Assembly: GCA_965637545.1 (NCBI GenBank)
Contig: OZ281494.1
Span: forward strand, 17,918,001-17,982,000
Direction: 5' to 3'
Length of the DNA stretch: 64,000 bases
Origin: Phallusia mammillata
Taxonomy: Eukaryota
Position 1 is the stretch's first letter. The number at the start of each line of letters is the position of its first letter. Below, piece after piece: positions 23,128 to 37,100 of the stretch. The notes under the pieces were generated by a model, which saw nothing but the letters and a program-made list of their open reading frames with translations, was not told the origin of the DNA and did not search any database. The translations under genes were made by a program, and so were the position numbers.

Positions 23128-24160
23128 GATTGCTTTTAAATTGTGTTTAATACAGATGTGGTACCAATTGCTGAAATTGTGGTTAAAAAAAGATGGATAA
23201 AAAATACATTGTAAATCTCAACTGAAAAAATAGTATCACATACAATAAAATGAATCTCCCTCATGGTAAACAATTCTTAGACGCTGCTGGAAGTTCTTAG
23301 ACATTAATCCAACTAAAACCTTATACAACAATTTGCTTAATCAGGGTGTTTGTGTTTGTCCAAAAAAATTGTGTAAGTAAAGCACTTGACATTTTACTTA
23401 TTTCGAAGTACAAACGCAAGTTAGGTGCACAAAAAAGGTACACAATTTAAGACCAAACAAAACATTTTGGACAACAAAAATCTGTACAGAAGGTATTTGA
23501 AAAAGTTTTTTAAATAATTTGCAACGTAAAATAAAATTCACAGTTATTATGCCTACAAAACCCACAGTTAACAATTGTAATTGAAGCATTATCCTCACAC
23601 CAGTTTTAAAAAATTGCTCACACCCTACTGTAAACTAAACTTTAATGAATAAGGATTTTTCTGTTAAAAAAAATTGTTCAGTATTAAATTTGTGAAATCC
23701 TAATTCATGGACAACTAGGGCACAAATTAAATTAAAACATATATGTCAAATCATGCTTGGCCATTCTTGACTTTAAGGGTAGTTTAACAAGTTTATACAG
23801 CTGCCTTTTTTGAAAAATGTCATGTTATAACTATCAAGCCTGCTCTAAGCTTCAATCCTGCTTTATATCAACGTTTTGTTTACATAAAAATATTTTGGTT
23901 GCACGTGTTATATGACTGTATTTTTAAACCAGGTTGTAGGTAAGGAAACTTGACCAGAAACATCGCAAACACTAGTACACACTAAACATTGCTTAAGACC
24001 TTGTAATGTCGTTTTTGCCCTGCAACCACTGCGGATATTACCCATGTAGCTAGCCACACTAACTGCAGAAGCGCAGGTGCCGAGCCGAAGACGAAAAAGG
24101 CTAGGTTTATTTCAACGAAAGCTGAAAAACGAATGAGACGCGCCCGTCGTTTGTTTTGTC

Positions 24161-24246
24161 TGGACGCTTGAGTAATCAAAAGGTCTACACGCATGAGTAA
24201 TTTAAGGTCTGCACGCATGAGTAATTAAAGGTCTGCACGCATGAGT
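24161..24246. repeat. 24-bp tandem repeat (~3.5 units) upstream of CRIP-B, containing TGCACGC (MRE consensus TGCRCNC)
   Basis: Unit tgcacgcatgagtaatt(a/t)aaggtc. A two-unit version lies at 13564-13603 in duplicate A. Confidence 0.8.
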
Positions 24247-25059
24247 CGTTACATATAACACACGCTGGCGCTGCAAATTGCAGCCTGCAATACTTCGATA
24301 AAAATAAGAAAACGTCACCTGCCTTTTTTGCAAGGGGGTTGTCTATATCTATACAGTGTACTAGTGTTCTGACATTTCTGGCCTAACATATTTGGGTAAA
24401 AAGTTTCTGAAAAAAAAAAGAATGCCTCGTGTGAATTTGCAACAAAAAGTTTCAGAGCGTTTAGACCTCAAAAGTGACTCTAGCCAAGTTAAGACAAATG
24501 CTGACAAGTTCACACCCAATAACCTTTACATAGTAGGCAATCTTTACATAGTAGTCTGCCAGTCTTAAAAGAAAACGCTTACTGTAAAAAACGTCGACGT
24601 GTGCAACTAAACAATATACATTCCATCTTTTTTTCCTGCAATAACTTCAGAAATTCTTCCCTATCAAACGAAAACGGATACAATGACACTGCCCAGCTCA
24701 CGAAGGCTGGGTCGTTGGGATAGAACATGTTTTGGACCGATTTAACCGTGTTTACATTAATCAGCACTTTGCTCATTTCAAGCAGTTTGTTTTTCAATCA
24801 AGCGCTGTGGGTTATAGTAAATGTTCCAATTTCTTAAAAAAAGATCACTTAAATCTGCCGTTTAATAGGACGCAAAGAAAACAACAGAGAAAAAGAAAAT
24901 TGTACGGCACCGAAGGGTAAGTTTTTAAGTTAACGATGTGCATGCAACAAGAAAACGGTCAATCAACTTAAGTTATACCCATCACAATGTGGGTCGTTAA
25001 AATAAGATCAGAATGCAAAAAGATTGTTACGACAGGTCGCATGGAGCAGTTACGGTACG

Positions 25060-27185
25060 TCACTGCGCTAGTTTAGATATCTTTGTCCGCATGTTCTCGT
25101 TTTTATCCAAACTAGGTAAAGCGTCATTAACTAAAACGTCATCTGTATACTTTCTTTTTAATGTACTTGTCCGTTCATTTGCTACACTCATTTTAGGGGA
25201 TTCACATTCAGTGCTGTATGATTGTTTTTCCTTGTGCATTGTCTCTGAGCTGCGTATTGAACATATTGGTCCATGTTGAACACCCTCGGTACTGTTGAGT
25301 GCAAGTAGTCCTTGTAGAGTCTGCATTTGTGTGGTCTGTGAAAATATGCGGTGTAAACTGCTTGTAATTTTTCACAACTCATAACTAAAAAAACACACAA
25401 GCAATCTTTGTGCTATTAAAATAACAACTAAAAAAAGTCACAGTGAAATCACTGCACTACTAACCAGCTCCATAACTTGCGTTTGTACTTCATCAAGACA
25501 TTTTCTCTGTTTTCTGATAATTGATCTGAATAAAACAGAATTTCGATTTCCTTTTAGTATCCTTCTTTTCAGCTCCCGCATTTCTTTCCGTTGGTAAACA
25601 ATCTTAAATCATACAAACAATGTTTTTAATCTGCCTTTGGATGGCTTTAAATTTACAGTAAAGGGAAGCTGGTGCCCCCAAAGCATAATTTGACAATCAG
25701 CAACACAACAGGACATGCTTACCATTTTCTTGAAAATCCGTTTGTTAGCTTTTTCCTTTTTGCTGAGTTTAAGGACTTGAACTTTGCAAAACTTTGATGG
25801 AGAGACACTTGCAGAAGAGGATAGTGATGAGGAAACGTTTAAGTTATTTCCAGTCCAAGCATCTGTGAAAGTATGTCTATTGCAGTACTGGTACAAACTG
25901 TGATAGATTTTGTGGTATCATTCAGCTTTTGCTATGTAGCATATTTGGTGTATTAAGTTAACAAATAATAATCCAACCACACAAAACACAGTTGTGGTAG
26001 TGTACTGACCGCCAGGTAACAGTGGAATTCTCAGAGCTTTTGATAATGGAGAACTTGTGCAATGCTTTAAACTGCAGGGACTTCCTAATTCAGGTGAGTC
26101 TGGGAAAATGTTTGTAAAAGTTGGCACAATCACCTCATCAAAATGTTCCATTGCCATTGAAGATATGTCTCTAACCTCCTAAAAAAGGCCAAACTTACAA
26201 AATGATATCATAAAATAATACCAACACCTACTTACTTGAAGCAAACTTGCAGTAGAGGTCAATTGACGATTGATTTCAATGTGACGTAATACCGCAAAAA
26301 CTTCATCCAACACTTTGCCCGGTATGAAGCAACACAAGTTAGACCAAATGTATTTGTTGTAAGTCATTTTTAACAGAGATATTCTTGTATCAAGGCTTTG
26401 CAGAGCATCATGTTTTGGGTAAAGTGAATGCTTTCTGCGTTCTGACTCTCTCCTTGGCAACCCATCTTTTATCTAAAAAGTGAAGATTATATTGTGTGCT
26501 AATTATAATTATCCTGCTAACGATAAGTTGTTCGTCAAAGTTTTGTTAAATTACTATATATATATATATGATTTTGTTAAACTTAAGAGTAGGGGAATGT
26601 TTTTTACTTTGGGAAACACAGAAAAGAGTTCCAGACCCCTACACCTTGCGAAGTTTTATCTTTCATGCTAAACATGACCACAAAGTTTTATCTTTCATGC
26701 AAATTGATATTAAAAAATTCATGGCTACAGGACTAAGTTGAGTTAATACTTACACAAAACTCTTACTCAACAAACACAGTCTTCAAATACATGACAGGAA
26801 AACTATGAGAAGACTGCTCGGTATAAGATAAACCTGTGTTTCATACCTGTTTTAAACTTTGTGCATGAAGATTCTGGGCCCTGGTAAAACCAGCATTCAA
26901 GACAAGCATTGCATGTATATTAAACTGTTTGCAAACCTGTGAGTCAACATTCAAAACAAGGTATACTTTAGAGAATGTTTGCAGTGACTAACACAAAAAG
27001 GATTTTTTTTCAATTAAATATCTGCTTAATTAATAAACTCAACATTCCACAATCTAAAACAAGTATTTTCTTACCAGCCTTTGTTTGCTCACGTCATCGT
27101 ATGAAAGATAGGAAAATATTTTGTGAAAAAGTTCAGTTGGCAATGGAAGTTGCACGGAGTTCTCCTCCATCGCTTCAAAGTTCAT
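25060..27185 (-). CDS. FBXO28: F-box only protein 28 orthologue, 386 aa
   Basis: Seven phase-consistent GT-AG exons: 27185-27075, 26936-26847, 26472-26236, 26178-26010, 25862-25723, 25602-25465, 25335-25060. Contains the F-box LPLPTELFHKIFSYLSYDDVSKQRLVCK and FBXO28 signatures LPRRESERRKHSL, SNLCCFIPGKVLDE and RDISSMAMEHFDE, followed by a coiled-coil/basic tail. The exact start codon is uncertain. Confidence 0.92.
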
Positions 27186-27433
27186 TATGAATTTTGGAAA
27201 ATGATTATCTACTTACCACTGTTCTTGAAACCAAAGTTTAAAAAGTGTAAAGCGCTTCCCACTTTTTTGCAGCAACAAACTTGTGTGCATATGCATTTAC
27301 CAGAACTCGAGGGTCTTGACTTGTTGTGTTAGAAAAATCATGCGTGACTTACTGATTGATGTGCATCAGAGATTTTGATATGCATGGTTTGCAAGCGACA
27401 CTGAATTTCGTTGAAAAAAACAACAAACTAGAG

Positions 27434-27673
27434 CAGTAGTTCCAAACCGGGAGGAATTTTGAAACTTGAAGGGAGGAATTTCTTTTATTTTACTGATGGT
27501 TTGTAAATTGACACATTAACTCTGGGAATATGACTTATTAAGTTGAGAAAATACCCAATTTATGTGATCTTTGTATGGTTTAGCATCTACTATATGTAGT
27601 AGCCTATATGTTAGTGAGGAATGAAAATGTTTTCAATTGAGGGAAGAATTCGTAAAAAGGTTGGAAACCACTA
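27434..27673. mobile_element. hAT MITE just upstream of FBXO28
   Basis: TIR CAGTAGTTCCAAACC/GGTTGGAAACCACTA (imperfect). Perfect 8-bp TSD AACTAGAG. Confidence 0.85.
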
Positions 27674-28153
27674 AACTAGAGCCTTTATATTACCGCAATA
27701 GTTTCAACGCTTGTGCTACCTAGTAAAAATGTGCAGCACTTCGCAGTAAAGATTAACGCAACCTCAGCAGGCCCCCGCTTTCATTCGATCCGGACGCGTC
27801 AAAAAAATGTTTTGAAAAAAACACATAGACTTTACTCTTGTGACCACAATTTCAAATTTTGGAAAGTGGTAGAAAACCGCTTGTTCAATAGATTGATGTA
27901 TTTTGCGATAAAGCGACGAACAAAATAAAACATGTCCAAAAACACGTGTACAATAATAAAACTGCCAGAAATGTTGGAACACATAGGCTATTTGTATGCG
28001 CGACGGGGGATACCAAACAATGATGCCAAAGTAAAAAAAAAACATTCGATATTTACAAGCCCTCGGGGGGTACACAATCTCATAGCAAGTGCAAAATGCG
28101 GCTGGAATCTGGCCGCCAAACCTTCACAAATGTTTGTGACTCTTAGTACAGGC

Positions 28154-31100
28154 CTAAAACACTGGATCAAGGCAAAGGAAACGGACTTGAAAATCTGCAC
28201 ATCTTTTTCCAGTGGGCTGATAGTTGTTGAGACAGATGAGTCCTTCTTGAAGATTCATCGTCACATAGTTGCCCGACATCGTGATTGGGCTACGTACACA
28301 AGCCAAGTTAAATCTCAACAATTAACGGAAGTTACAGAACACTACAGACATTACAGCACCAACAACATAATTTATTTTGACCAAATTGCACACATGGACG
28401 ATCTAATAAAAACTTGGCCAAAAACCAGAACGGTCCATGTCATATTAAAGCAATTTGACTTATTTTATGGTAAATTTTAATGTTAAAAATATAGAGAATA
28501 GCCAGTTTTTGAGTAAACTATGTAAAATTTGCTCAGGAATAAACGGTGGGAAAGGATTTCGAACCTCTGTCTTAATGTTTAGGTATTAAATAAAAACTCC
28601 AACCTTCCATCGGCCATCCTCGTTTCCATGGCAACTGGGTTGGCACACAGAAGATGGGGATACTCGTGACGCAGTTGGCTAAACGTTTCTTCGTCACCGG
28701 CACCACCAGGATCGTCTCGATCTAACCATGGAGTCCACTGCGACCCACACACTGTATGAGTAGAATATTTGTTAAGTTAAACTTGGTAAAGATATAATAT
28801 ATTTGAAGTGAGAAAACTTTAAGGAGAATGAGCGCTGACAATAGAACAGCAATTTTTATTTGCAAGTAAAATTTATTTAAGGGCGCAATTTTGAAATAAT
28901 ATGGCATATAGGCTACAGATGCTACATCCCATATTGGAAAATATTTGTGCAGACCTGGAAAGCGAAAGTTGACTTGTTTGAGCCAAGAGGGATATGTAGA
29001 TTGAAGTGAAAATGTTTAAATTTTTGCATGAACAGTAAGTCACGACATTGGAAATAAAGAGACTGCATGTAAAATTGTGCACAATTATTTCGTCACTTAC
29101 TTGATGCCGCAGGTGCCCCATTAGCGTTGTTTTCCACGAGTACCATGTATTTCTCCAACTTCAACATCCATTCCCGGAATGCCCTTTCTCGCCACCCAGC
29201 GAACCTCTGTTGTTCTGTTTGACCGTCCTCGCATAACACTTCTTTTCCAACTACCAAATCAAAAATTAAATAAGCTTAATTACTGCGTTAACAAGCGATA
29301 TTGCTAGGAGAAAGAATCGGTGGCCTGCTAGTAACGAAAAGAAGAAAAACAACAGGTATTACGGTCTAACTTTGTTTTTGAACGTATTCCCACCAACCGT
29401 GAAATGATTGTTTACCTTGCGGCTCAGTGCAGTTTTTGCCATCTGCGCTTAGTGTAAAGTTTGGGGGACATTTGCACACGCTGACGTCACCTTCTCGTAT
29501 GCAAGTGTGACTGCAACCTCCGTTGTTATATTCACACTGGTCTGAAAATTAAATAAACGTTCAGTCCTATAAATAGATATAAGCAAGTCGTAAATTATAA
29601 AGAAATCATGGCAGCAGTAAGAATTTGATCAAGTTAAGTTTAAAGGTCGCAATACACATAGAAGTTAACGATACATTTTATACTCCACAATTTGTTTTAC
29701 CCGCCGTCTACACCACAGTAAAGTTACATACCGATCCAGTGGCATCCATGCACGTCGTCTCTGATCCCACAATATTGATCATCATAGCATGATGTGGGAG
29801 AACATGTGAGCAAACCCATTGTACAGTCGCACATTTTCGTGCATGAGTCAGCGTAACCAGTTGCGTTGGCCTGAAATCAAATACCATATTTCAATATTTA
29901 ACACAAATTGTTACATTACTTTTAACGTTGATGCTCATCAGCACTATACAAGTACTGAACTTCAAATTGGTATTAGTTACTTGACAATACTTTTCAAACG
30001 TAACAACAGTGAAGACCGTAAATATCTAATTTTGCTCACCGCTATGTAAACCCCACCAGGGGCGAGGCATCCGCAGTCTTTCATTGGAATACATTCCTTG
30101 CCATTCTTCACGTAACCATCAATGCACTGACAGCCTATTTGTGACATTAATTCATCACATAACAAGTCAACAATATGCAGGGCAATTTATATTTTGAAAA
30201 TTACAAAACCGTGAATATTTCTAACATGCTCCTTATCTCAAAAATTTTTTTTTTTTAGATCCAGTGACATCACAGTCACGTGATGTGACGCTTCGTCTGG
30301 CTTTCAACGGCAATGTCTCTTTGCTGTTGTGTCGCAAACGATTCGTGATGGAAACCATGCATCTACACTTTGTAACTTTGTACAAAGCAACTTTATCTTA
30401 CGATAAACATAAGCGAGAAAAAGAAAAAAAGGCACCTTCTACACACTCCTGGCCCAGAAGGGTGATGGCCCGGCAAGAGCTGGAGGTTCGGTCCGTGCAC
30501 GTTGGTTGACATTGTGACATGCATTCGTTGTAGAAACTGTGCGCAGGACAGTCAAGCACTGTGCACACGAAAAAGAACGTACAATTCGTTTTGTTTTCAG
30601 GTTTTTTGAGAGTCGTGTTTCAGGCTACAAACTACAATATGAAAGTTTTCGCATATTGCTATGGGAAATATGCGCTGGTTGGGTTTTGTATCCAAATATG
30701 TTAGTATTTGGAACGTGGATTGAATACAACGCACGGCGTAGGGTTCATTACTGTTTCAAATGAAACCATTGCCCCGGCGGTCTACGAGAACATACACATG
30801 CAACAGGTGTTTCCACTAAAACGTATCCAACAAGGGATCAAAATACCTCTTTCGGTGACGTCATTTCGCCATCTGATGACGTTACCGCCCTCTTCGCGAC
30901 ATTCCTGTGCATATGACTCCATTACTCGACTCTCTTCGCTGATATCGAGTCCACTGGCACAGGAATCAAATACGCAGTCGTTGTAAGCTTGATGTGGGTC
31001 CACGTATTGGTGACAGTCTTCGAACGGACCTTCGCGGTCCAATAGAACGTTGCAACGTGTTCTTGCGGTCGCCAAATCGTCGTGGGAGGGACAAACTGGT

Positions 31101-34100
31101 GGTTCCGGTCCTTTGACGCGATCATGGCAACTAAAAATCAAACTAAACGTTTAAACCGAAATTTGAAAGTTGAGGTCACGTTAGTTTATGTGCCCTTGCA
31201 AGTGCCATTATGTCTGTGTTATAAAAAAAAATATTCAAGAAGCAACTAGAAGAGCGCAACAAGATGTACGTTGTGCTCGTAGACTAAATTAAGTTACTCA
31301 AAATGATGGTCCTGTAAAATAACTACTATTTCACCTTCCAGTTTAAAGTAAAGCTCTTACCCTGTGTTATTGTGGTCGGATACCTTCCAGTCGTTAAAGA
31401 AATCTGCCACGTCATCAGTTATTGAACCATTACGCAGCACAAAATCGTTGTAAGGCAAATCGTCGAAGTCACCACACAATCCCTCCACCTTGCGATGAAG
31501 TGGCCGCCAAGCATCAATGCGCAGACTGAAAAAATATTTTCATTTATTTGCAGGGAAAACATCACATTTTTGGCAAGATATACGAAAACGTTTTCGAATA
31601 ATTGACTAAAGGTATTCTTGTACAATTTAGAATTTTTTTTTTACAATTTTACAATTTAACGCAGTACTTACATTCTGTCTCCATTCCAACGAACAACCAA
31701 ACCAAAGTCAAACGCTGCAACAAGATATTCCCCAACGTGTGCGATGGACACACCATACTTGGTCGTTCCGGCAATCACCAACATACCATCGATCTAATTA
31801 AAAAAATCATTTTTTTTGTCAACCCAAACACAATTTTGGATACAATTGATGAAGTTGTACATAAAGCGAGACAAATTAGTTAGTCAAAAATTTAAAATTT
31901 TACAGAACACAAAAAACGGAACATCATAAAAATTTGGAGAAAACTGGAATTGACTTACTCTAACGACGACACCTCTCTTCATAACCAGTTGGTGATTCGC
32001 ACCAAATATGACTTTGACTTCTGTAATGACCGATCTGTGGGCACGAGTGTCGATTCTTTGTTGCATTACAAATACTTCAAAAGGATCCAGGTCTTTGACG
32101 TTTCGAATAGACCTGAACAAAATGGTTAGCAGTCGTGTTTACAAAGATCAAATTACAAATATATTATGACAAAGATAATTTATGCTACCTAGACTGAAGA
32201 AAAAGCTGACAATATTTTTTTATTTTAACGAGCAGGGTATAAAACAAACAGCACTTACCACACTTTTACTAAAAATACGAATAGTTTTTTTTTTTCGATG
32301 GAAACACTTTATGAGATTACAACTATACTATGCAAAACCAAACAATCAGAAAAAATAATTTGGTACCAGTTACAATAAGATTTAATAGTCAACAATTCCA
32401 TACCTAACCATGGTGTAAGCGCATGTCGTCATAGCCGTATATGGCGTGCCGTCGAATGTGCTGTAGCGAAGTCCGTTGACAGCTTTACATGAAACGCGAC
32501 GCTGCATAATAAAAATATTAGGATTTCTTAAAAACAACCACAACAGTTTCACATCAGCATACACAATTAAAATTAATTTGTATAGTTAGAATGACCTTAC
32601 ATAAAGCAAAGGTTGTTAACACATTTATTACGTTTATTTCTGTAAGTTGATTTGCTGCCTTCAGATTAATTTTTTCGCTTACCCTTGGAGCTCTCACGCA
32701 GGTATAGTTGCCGGTTCGAACAAGTGCACAGACTTGACTTGTCAAACATATAGAAGTGTTTGTGCATTTAATCTGTCCGTTGCCATAACATGTACACGTT
32801 TGTGTACAGCCTTCTGGAGTGTAAGACTCGCCTGTAAAAGACGATAAATTCCCGGTTGATGAACAAGTTTGGCAAATATATTCGTGCGACACAACAATAA
32901 GGACAAGTCTCAGCAAAATCCCGAAACCCGGGCTACTCAACTGTTGAGTGCCCGCTAGAAGAGCAACTTTTATTTGTACGTTTTACTAACCGTAAGACCA
33001 CATCCTTCCGTTGGCCTGGCAACCACAGGTTTCCACTGGAACGCAAATTCCATCTTTCAATACATAACCATCATCGCAGGTGCAATATTCAGCTAATGTG
33101 CAACTGTAATAAAAGTTCAGTAAATTCTAAATTAGCTTGTACATTTTTCAGCAAAACAGACAAAATCTCGAATTGTGCTTACTCGTCATCATCTGGGTCC
33201 GGAATATCCCCGCATGTTGGAGGGCAGGCGGGTCCGCATCCTTCGTAGTGGGCATTTGGGGGACAGGTGTCGTAAGTCAAGTTCATGGATTGACGCCAAT
33301 CGCAGATTCGAATTCCGCCACCTAAGCATTCTTGTGCAAAGGAAATGAGAGACTGAAAACAGAAACAAGCATTTGAAAGAAGATTGCCGTACGAATCGTG
33401 TACGTAATCCAATCATTCAATGCGTTTGAAAAGAAGTTGGTTTCTATCAAACGACAGCTATTAACAACAAAAATGATAGACGACAACCATCTATGTTAGA
33501 TAGATTTCTTAAATATGAACAAACTGCTCATTACTTGTTGTATAGTACGCTGTGCTCCACTGCTGTCACACAAATCTTGAACGCATTGTTCCTCATATCG
33601 TCTCGTCACCGACTGGCGAATTACAGTGTTACATGGACTCATCGGACCATGAATATCGCTGATAACAGCACATTGGTCGCTCTGGCGCCTGAAAACATTT
33701 GTTTATTAATATTTTGGAGGGTTATACTTCCTTTAGAATTTCATGATATAACTTAAATTTGACAACTCCTAGGCTTTATATATCAAAGTATATTAAGGTA
33801 CTTCTTCTCAAAGTTGTTTGACAGCAAAAAAAACAGTTTTAAGCGCCATTCCCTGATCTTTGTTGACATTGGTTAGAAATACCCAACTTTTAAATTCTGT
33901 TCATGTTAGAGTTTAAAAATAAGTTTTGATTAACGTAGTCTACCTACCACATGGTTAACTGATCATCGGAGCAGACACTCTCCACAGGCGCAGCATCGCA
34001 ATTTACTGTCCGGTAGCTGGCAGCAAAGTGCTCAACGTCAGTAGTGACGTTTTTGCTGATCGTCCTCAGATCATCGAGCGCGTCTCCATTAAAGTTGCCA

Positions 34101-37100
34101 CACAAACCGTGAATCTGAAGCATATAAGTGTAAAGTACACTGTTCACAGCCTAATATACCAAAATACTTACAACTACAAAAACGCTATAAGCTTTATAAA
34201 GTCTTACCAAGCCAAAGTAAGTGACCGGAAGTTTCAGTAACAACTGGACACCGTCAAATTCCACGCGATGACCTTTGCTCGTCACCACGACAACAAAACG
34301 ACCTCTGTGACGTACGACCATCCTTTGTCGCTTGTCGTTAACCTCCTTCCATTTTCGATCATATGTAACGTCATCGACCTGAGAAATGATGTCATGAAAT
34401 TCATTACATTAGAACTTGATTTTGTTTTTTAGGGTCAGTCACAGCTACAAAGCAATACTGTAACAAAACATAGAATTTAAATGTAAAACTTTTTATTTTT
34501 TATTTAATGCCTAATTCCTCACCTTGATTGCAATCGATCCGTTGGCGGTTTTCGACAAAACAACTGTTCCGTTGAAGTCTGCAAATTTAATTGTGACCGA
34601 AGCAATTTCCGTGGCTGTGTCATCACTATTGCGAATTGTTGTCATAGTTACACCCCCTGTATCACCAGCCCTTGAAGATGCAGCGAACACATAGGAGCAT
34701 GGTGTGCGAAGATCGTATGAGCGCTTGTCGAAAGTCCGGATGTGACCATTACCCCAGAACTTGCAAGTCTCTTTGCCTGAGTAAGAAATGTTGTGTTAGT
34801 GCGTGGTACATATGCATTGCAGTCTTTTTTAGCTAATTCAATACACAACGGACGAAGAATGTGATTACCTTTTGTTTAATTTACACCAGTTTGCAACCCT
34901 ATAGGTTATACAGTGCTACACTCACAAAAATCTCTATGTTGAACATGGTATGTATGAAAGAGATCAAATATGTCGTGATAAAAAATAAAAACACATTGCC
35001 CAAACAAACCACAAAAGCGAGACAGGTTTGTTTTACAAAGTATGTATTGTAATTTACTACCAAACAAGGAGATTTCAAAATTGACTTACGCAGTGGAAGA
35101 CAATCAAGGTGACCGTTTCTATTTGCTCTGCATTCCCGATCCTCGGCACAACCAGCATCGGCGCAAGCAACCGTTGCCATGCGACATGTGCATCGTGACG
35201 TGCAGTCATCCGTCATGAATGTCTCGCTATCCTGGGTTATAAAGACAAACATGCTTGTTATACTGTGTTATAAATTGATTGTAAAAGTACCATAATCAAT
35301 TAGGGGTCGAAACCTGACCTCAACAAGACAGATGTCTGTCCATAGGGGCAGAGCTTTACAAAATAAAAACAAAAAACAATAGCTTTGTGTAAAGGTTATT
35401 CAGTTCGCTTTGTATCGCATGTGTACAGTCCCTGCTCAAAAGCGCAGACCTGCATATTGCAGCGTAACAGCAAACTAAGCGAAACAAGAATTTAATACTA
35501 AGTATTAGTTTAAATTACTTAATTTCGAGCACAAAGTATACTTTGTATACAAGTTGATCACATATGTTTAAAGACAACATTGATCGTAAATGTATAAACT
35601 TACCAGATAATATTTTCCTTGGTACATGCACCCACAATGCTTAAGCTTGACAAAATCGTCACCAGACAGCACAAATCCGTCATCAGCTTGACAACCTAAA
35701 AAACAGTTTTGTTCATAGTATTGCTTGGCCGTCTATTTAGCATGCCGTGTAATATTAAACAGTATGGCAAGCATGCAATTAAATATTGTTAATTCAATTC
35801 TAATGAGGTCTATTCAAATAAATTTAGCTCAGTGTTCCTACCTTCGATACATTCTTTAGTTGTACGAGGGTTACTCAAGCATATCGAACCATCCGGATCG
35901 TCACAGCTCGGTTGACACTGAGGAAGACACGTGACAAAGTGGCTGTGCGGTGGACACTCTGGTATAGCTGGAAAAAAGATAACAACGTTATGCAATTTAC
36001 TGCTGGTCATATAATAGCAAATATATTTGTTTTAGAAGAGCACATAAACAGTAGTCAACAGAAAACAGAAAAGCGCCTACATGAATTATCTCTAGTCCGC
36101 CAATCCGGGATAGTCACTGTAACATTGCCTTCATTTTCCTCTTCATTTTCATCCAAACACGTGCTTATGTATGACGAAATCACTCGGTCTTTCTGTTGGG
36201 GATCGCGATCATAAGCACACTGGTCGTACACACAAGCCTGGAAAGCTGACTCGGCCTCTACTATCGTCTGACAATCTTTCAAGGGCCCGTTCGGGTCGAT
36301 TATGATGTAACAGAAGTTCCTGTGACTTGCTAACACGTCAGGATCGACACACGGTAGAGGTACGATGTCCGATTTCAAGCCTTCTGGGCACCTGTTGTTT
36401 AAGAGAATGGATTGCTATTACAAACTTTTTTTTCTGAGGCTAATGTTGGAAAATCTGATCTCTAATCTCGTTTCAAGTTTTAACAGAAGAATATTTATAG
36501 CAAACACTTGAAACTATGCCAATTTTCACAGTCGGTTTCGTACGTTAATGTTGAGGTGAACGAAACTTACCCTTCCGCGCCGTAACCTTCGATGATCCAA
36601 CTCTCTGCAAATGCATCCACATCAGTGTGGAGTGTTCCGTTCGGTGCCATCAGATCGTTTGTCGGATTGTCATCAAAATTTCCACATAATCCTTCAACTT
36701 GATATCGGAGGGGACTCCATGCCGAAACCCGAAGTCTAAAAAAATAAATAAACTAATAGTGCATTTTACTGCCAAAGCAAGTTTTTGAATCTTTCAGGAA
36801 AATTTTGACAGAAAATCCTACCAAGACTTTAAAAATAAAATACAAGAATCGCTTTTTGCTAAAATTGTATATTTTTTAAGGCAAACCAGAACGTTGTAGA
36901 ATCAAATAATGGCGAATTTCTGAATACAAATATTATAGTTCGGTATCTCACCTATCATCTCCATCCCATCTAATCGTCAGACCGAAATCCCAATCGACCA
37001 TCGTAAACTTTCCAGCTTTTCTTATCATTATTCCATCCCGTTTGAAACCAGGATGTACTGTGACTCCGTTCAACTGATTTATGCAAATACAAAATCGAGC

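Larger units (their letters stand above)
2050..26321. repeat. old segmental tandem duplication: unit A ~2050-14785, unit B ~14786-26321
   Basis: Collinear homology in the 3'UTR (2050-3000 vs 14790-15900), intron blocks, all CRIP exons and upstream DNA (9200-10540 vs 22960-24140; 13545-13620 vs 24135-24270). Each copy is interrupted by its own transposon insertions. Confidence 0.9.

Noticed and set aside
27186-28153. Possible operon linking the VWD gene and FBXO28 (same strand, <1 kb apart)
   Set aside because: The gap holds a MITE and a GC-richer promoter-like patch (~27765-27800). Nothing in the sequence shows polycistronic transcription.
27932-28480. 182-aa plus-strand ORF
   Set aside because: It is antisense to the real last exon of the VWD gene (28154-28289) and has no recognisable motifs.
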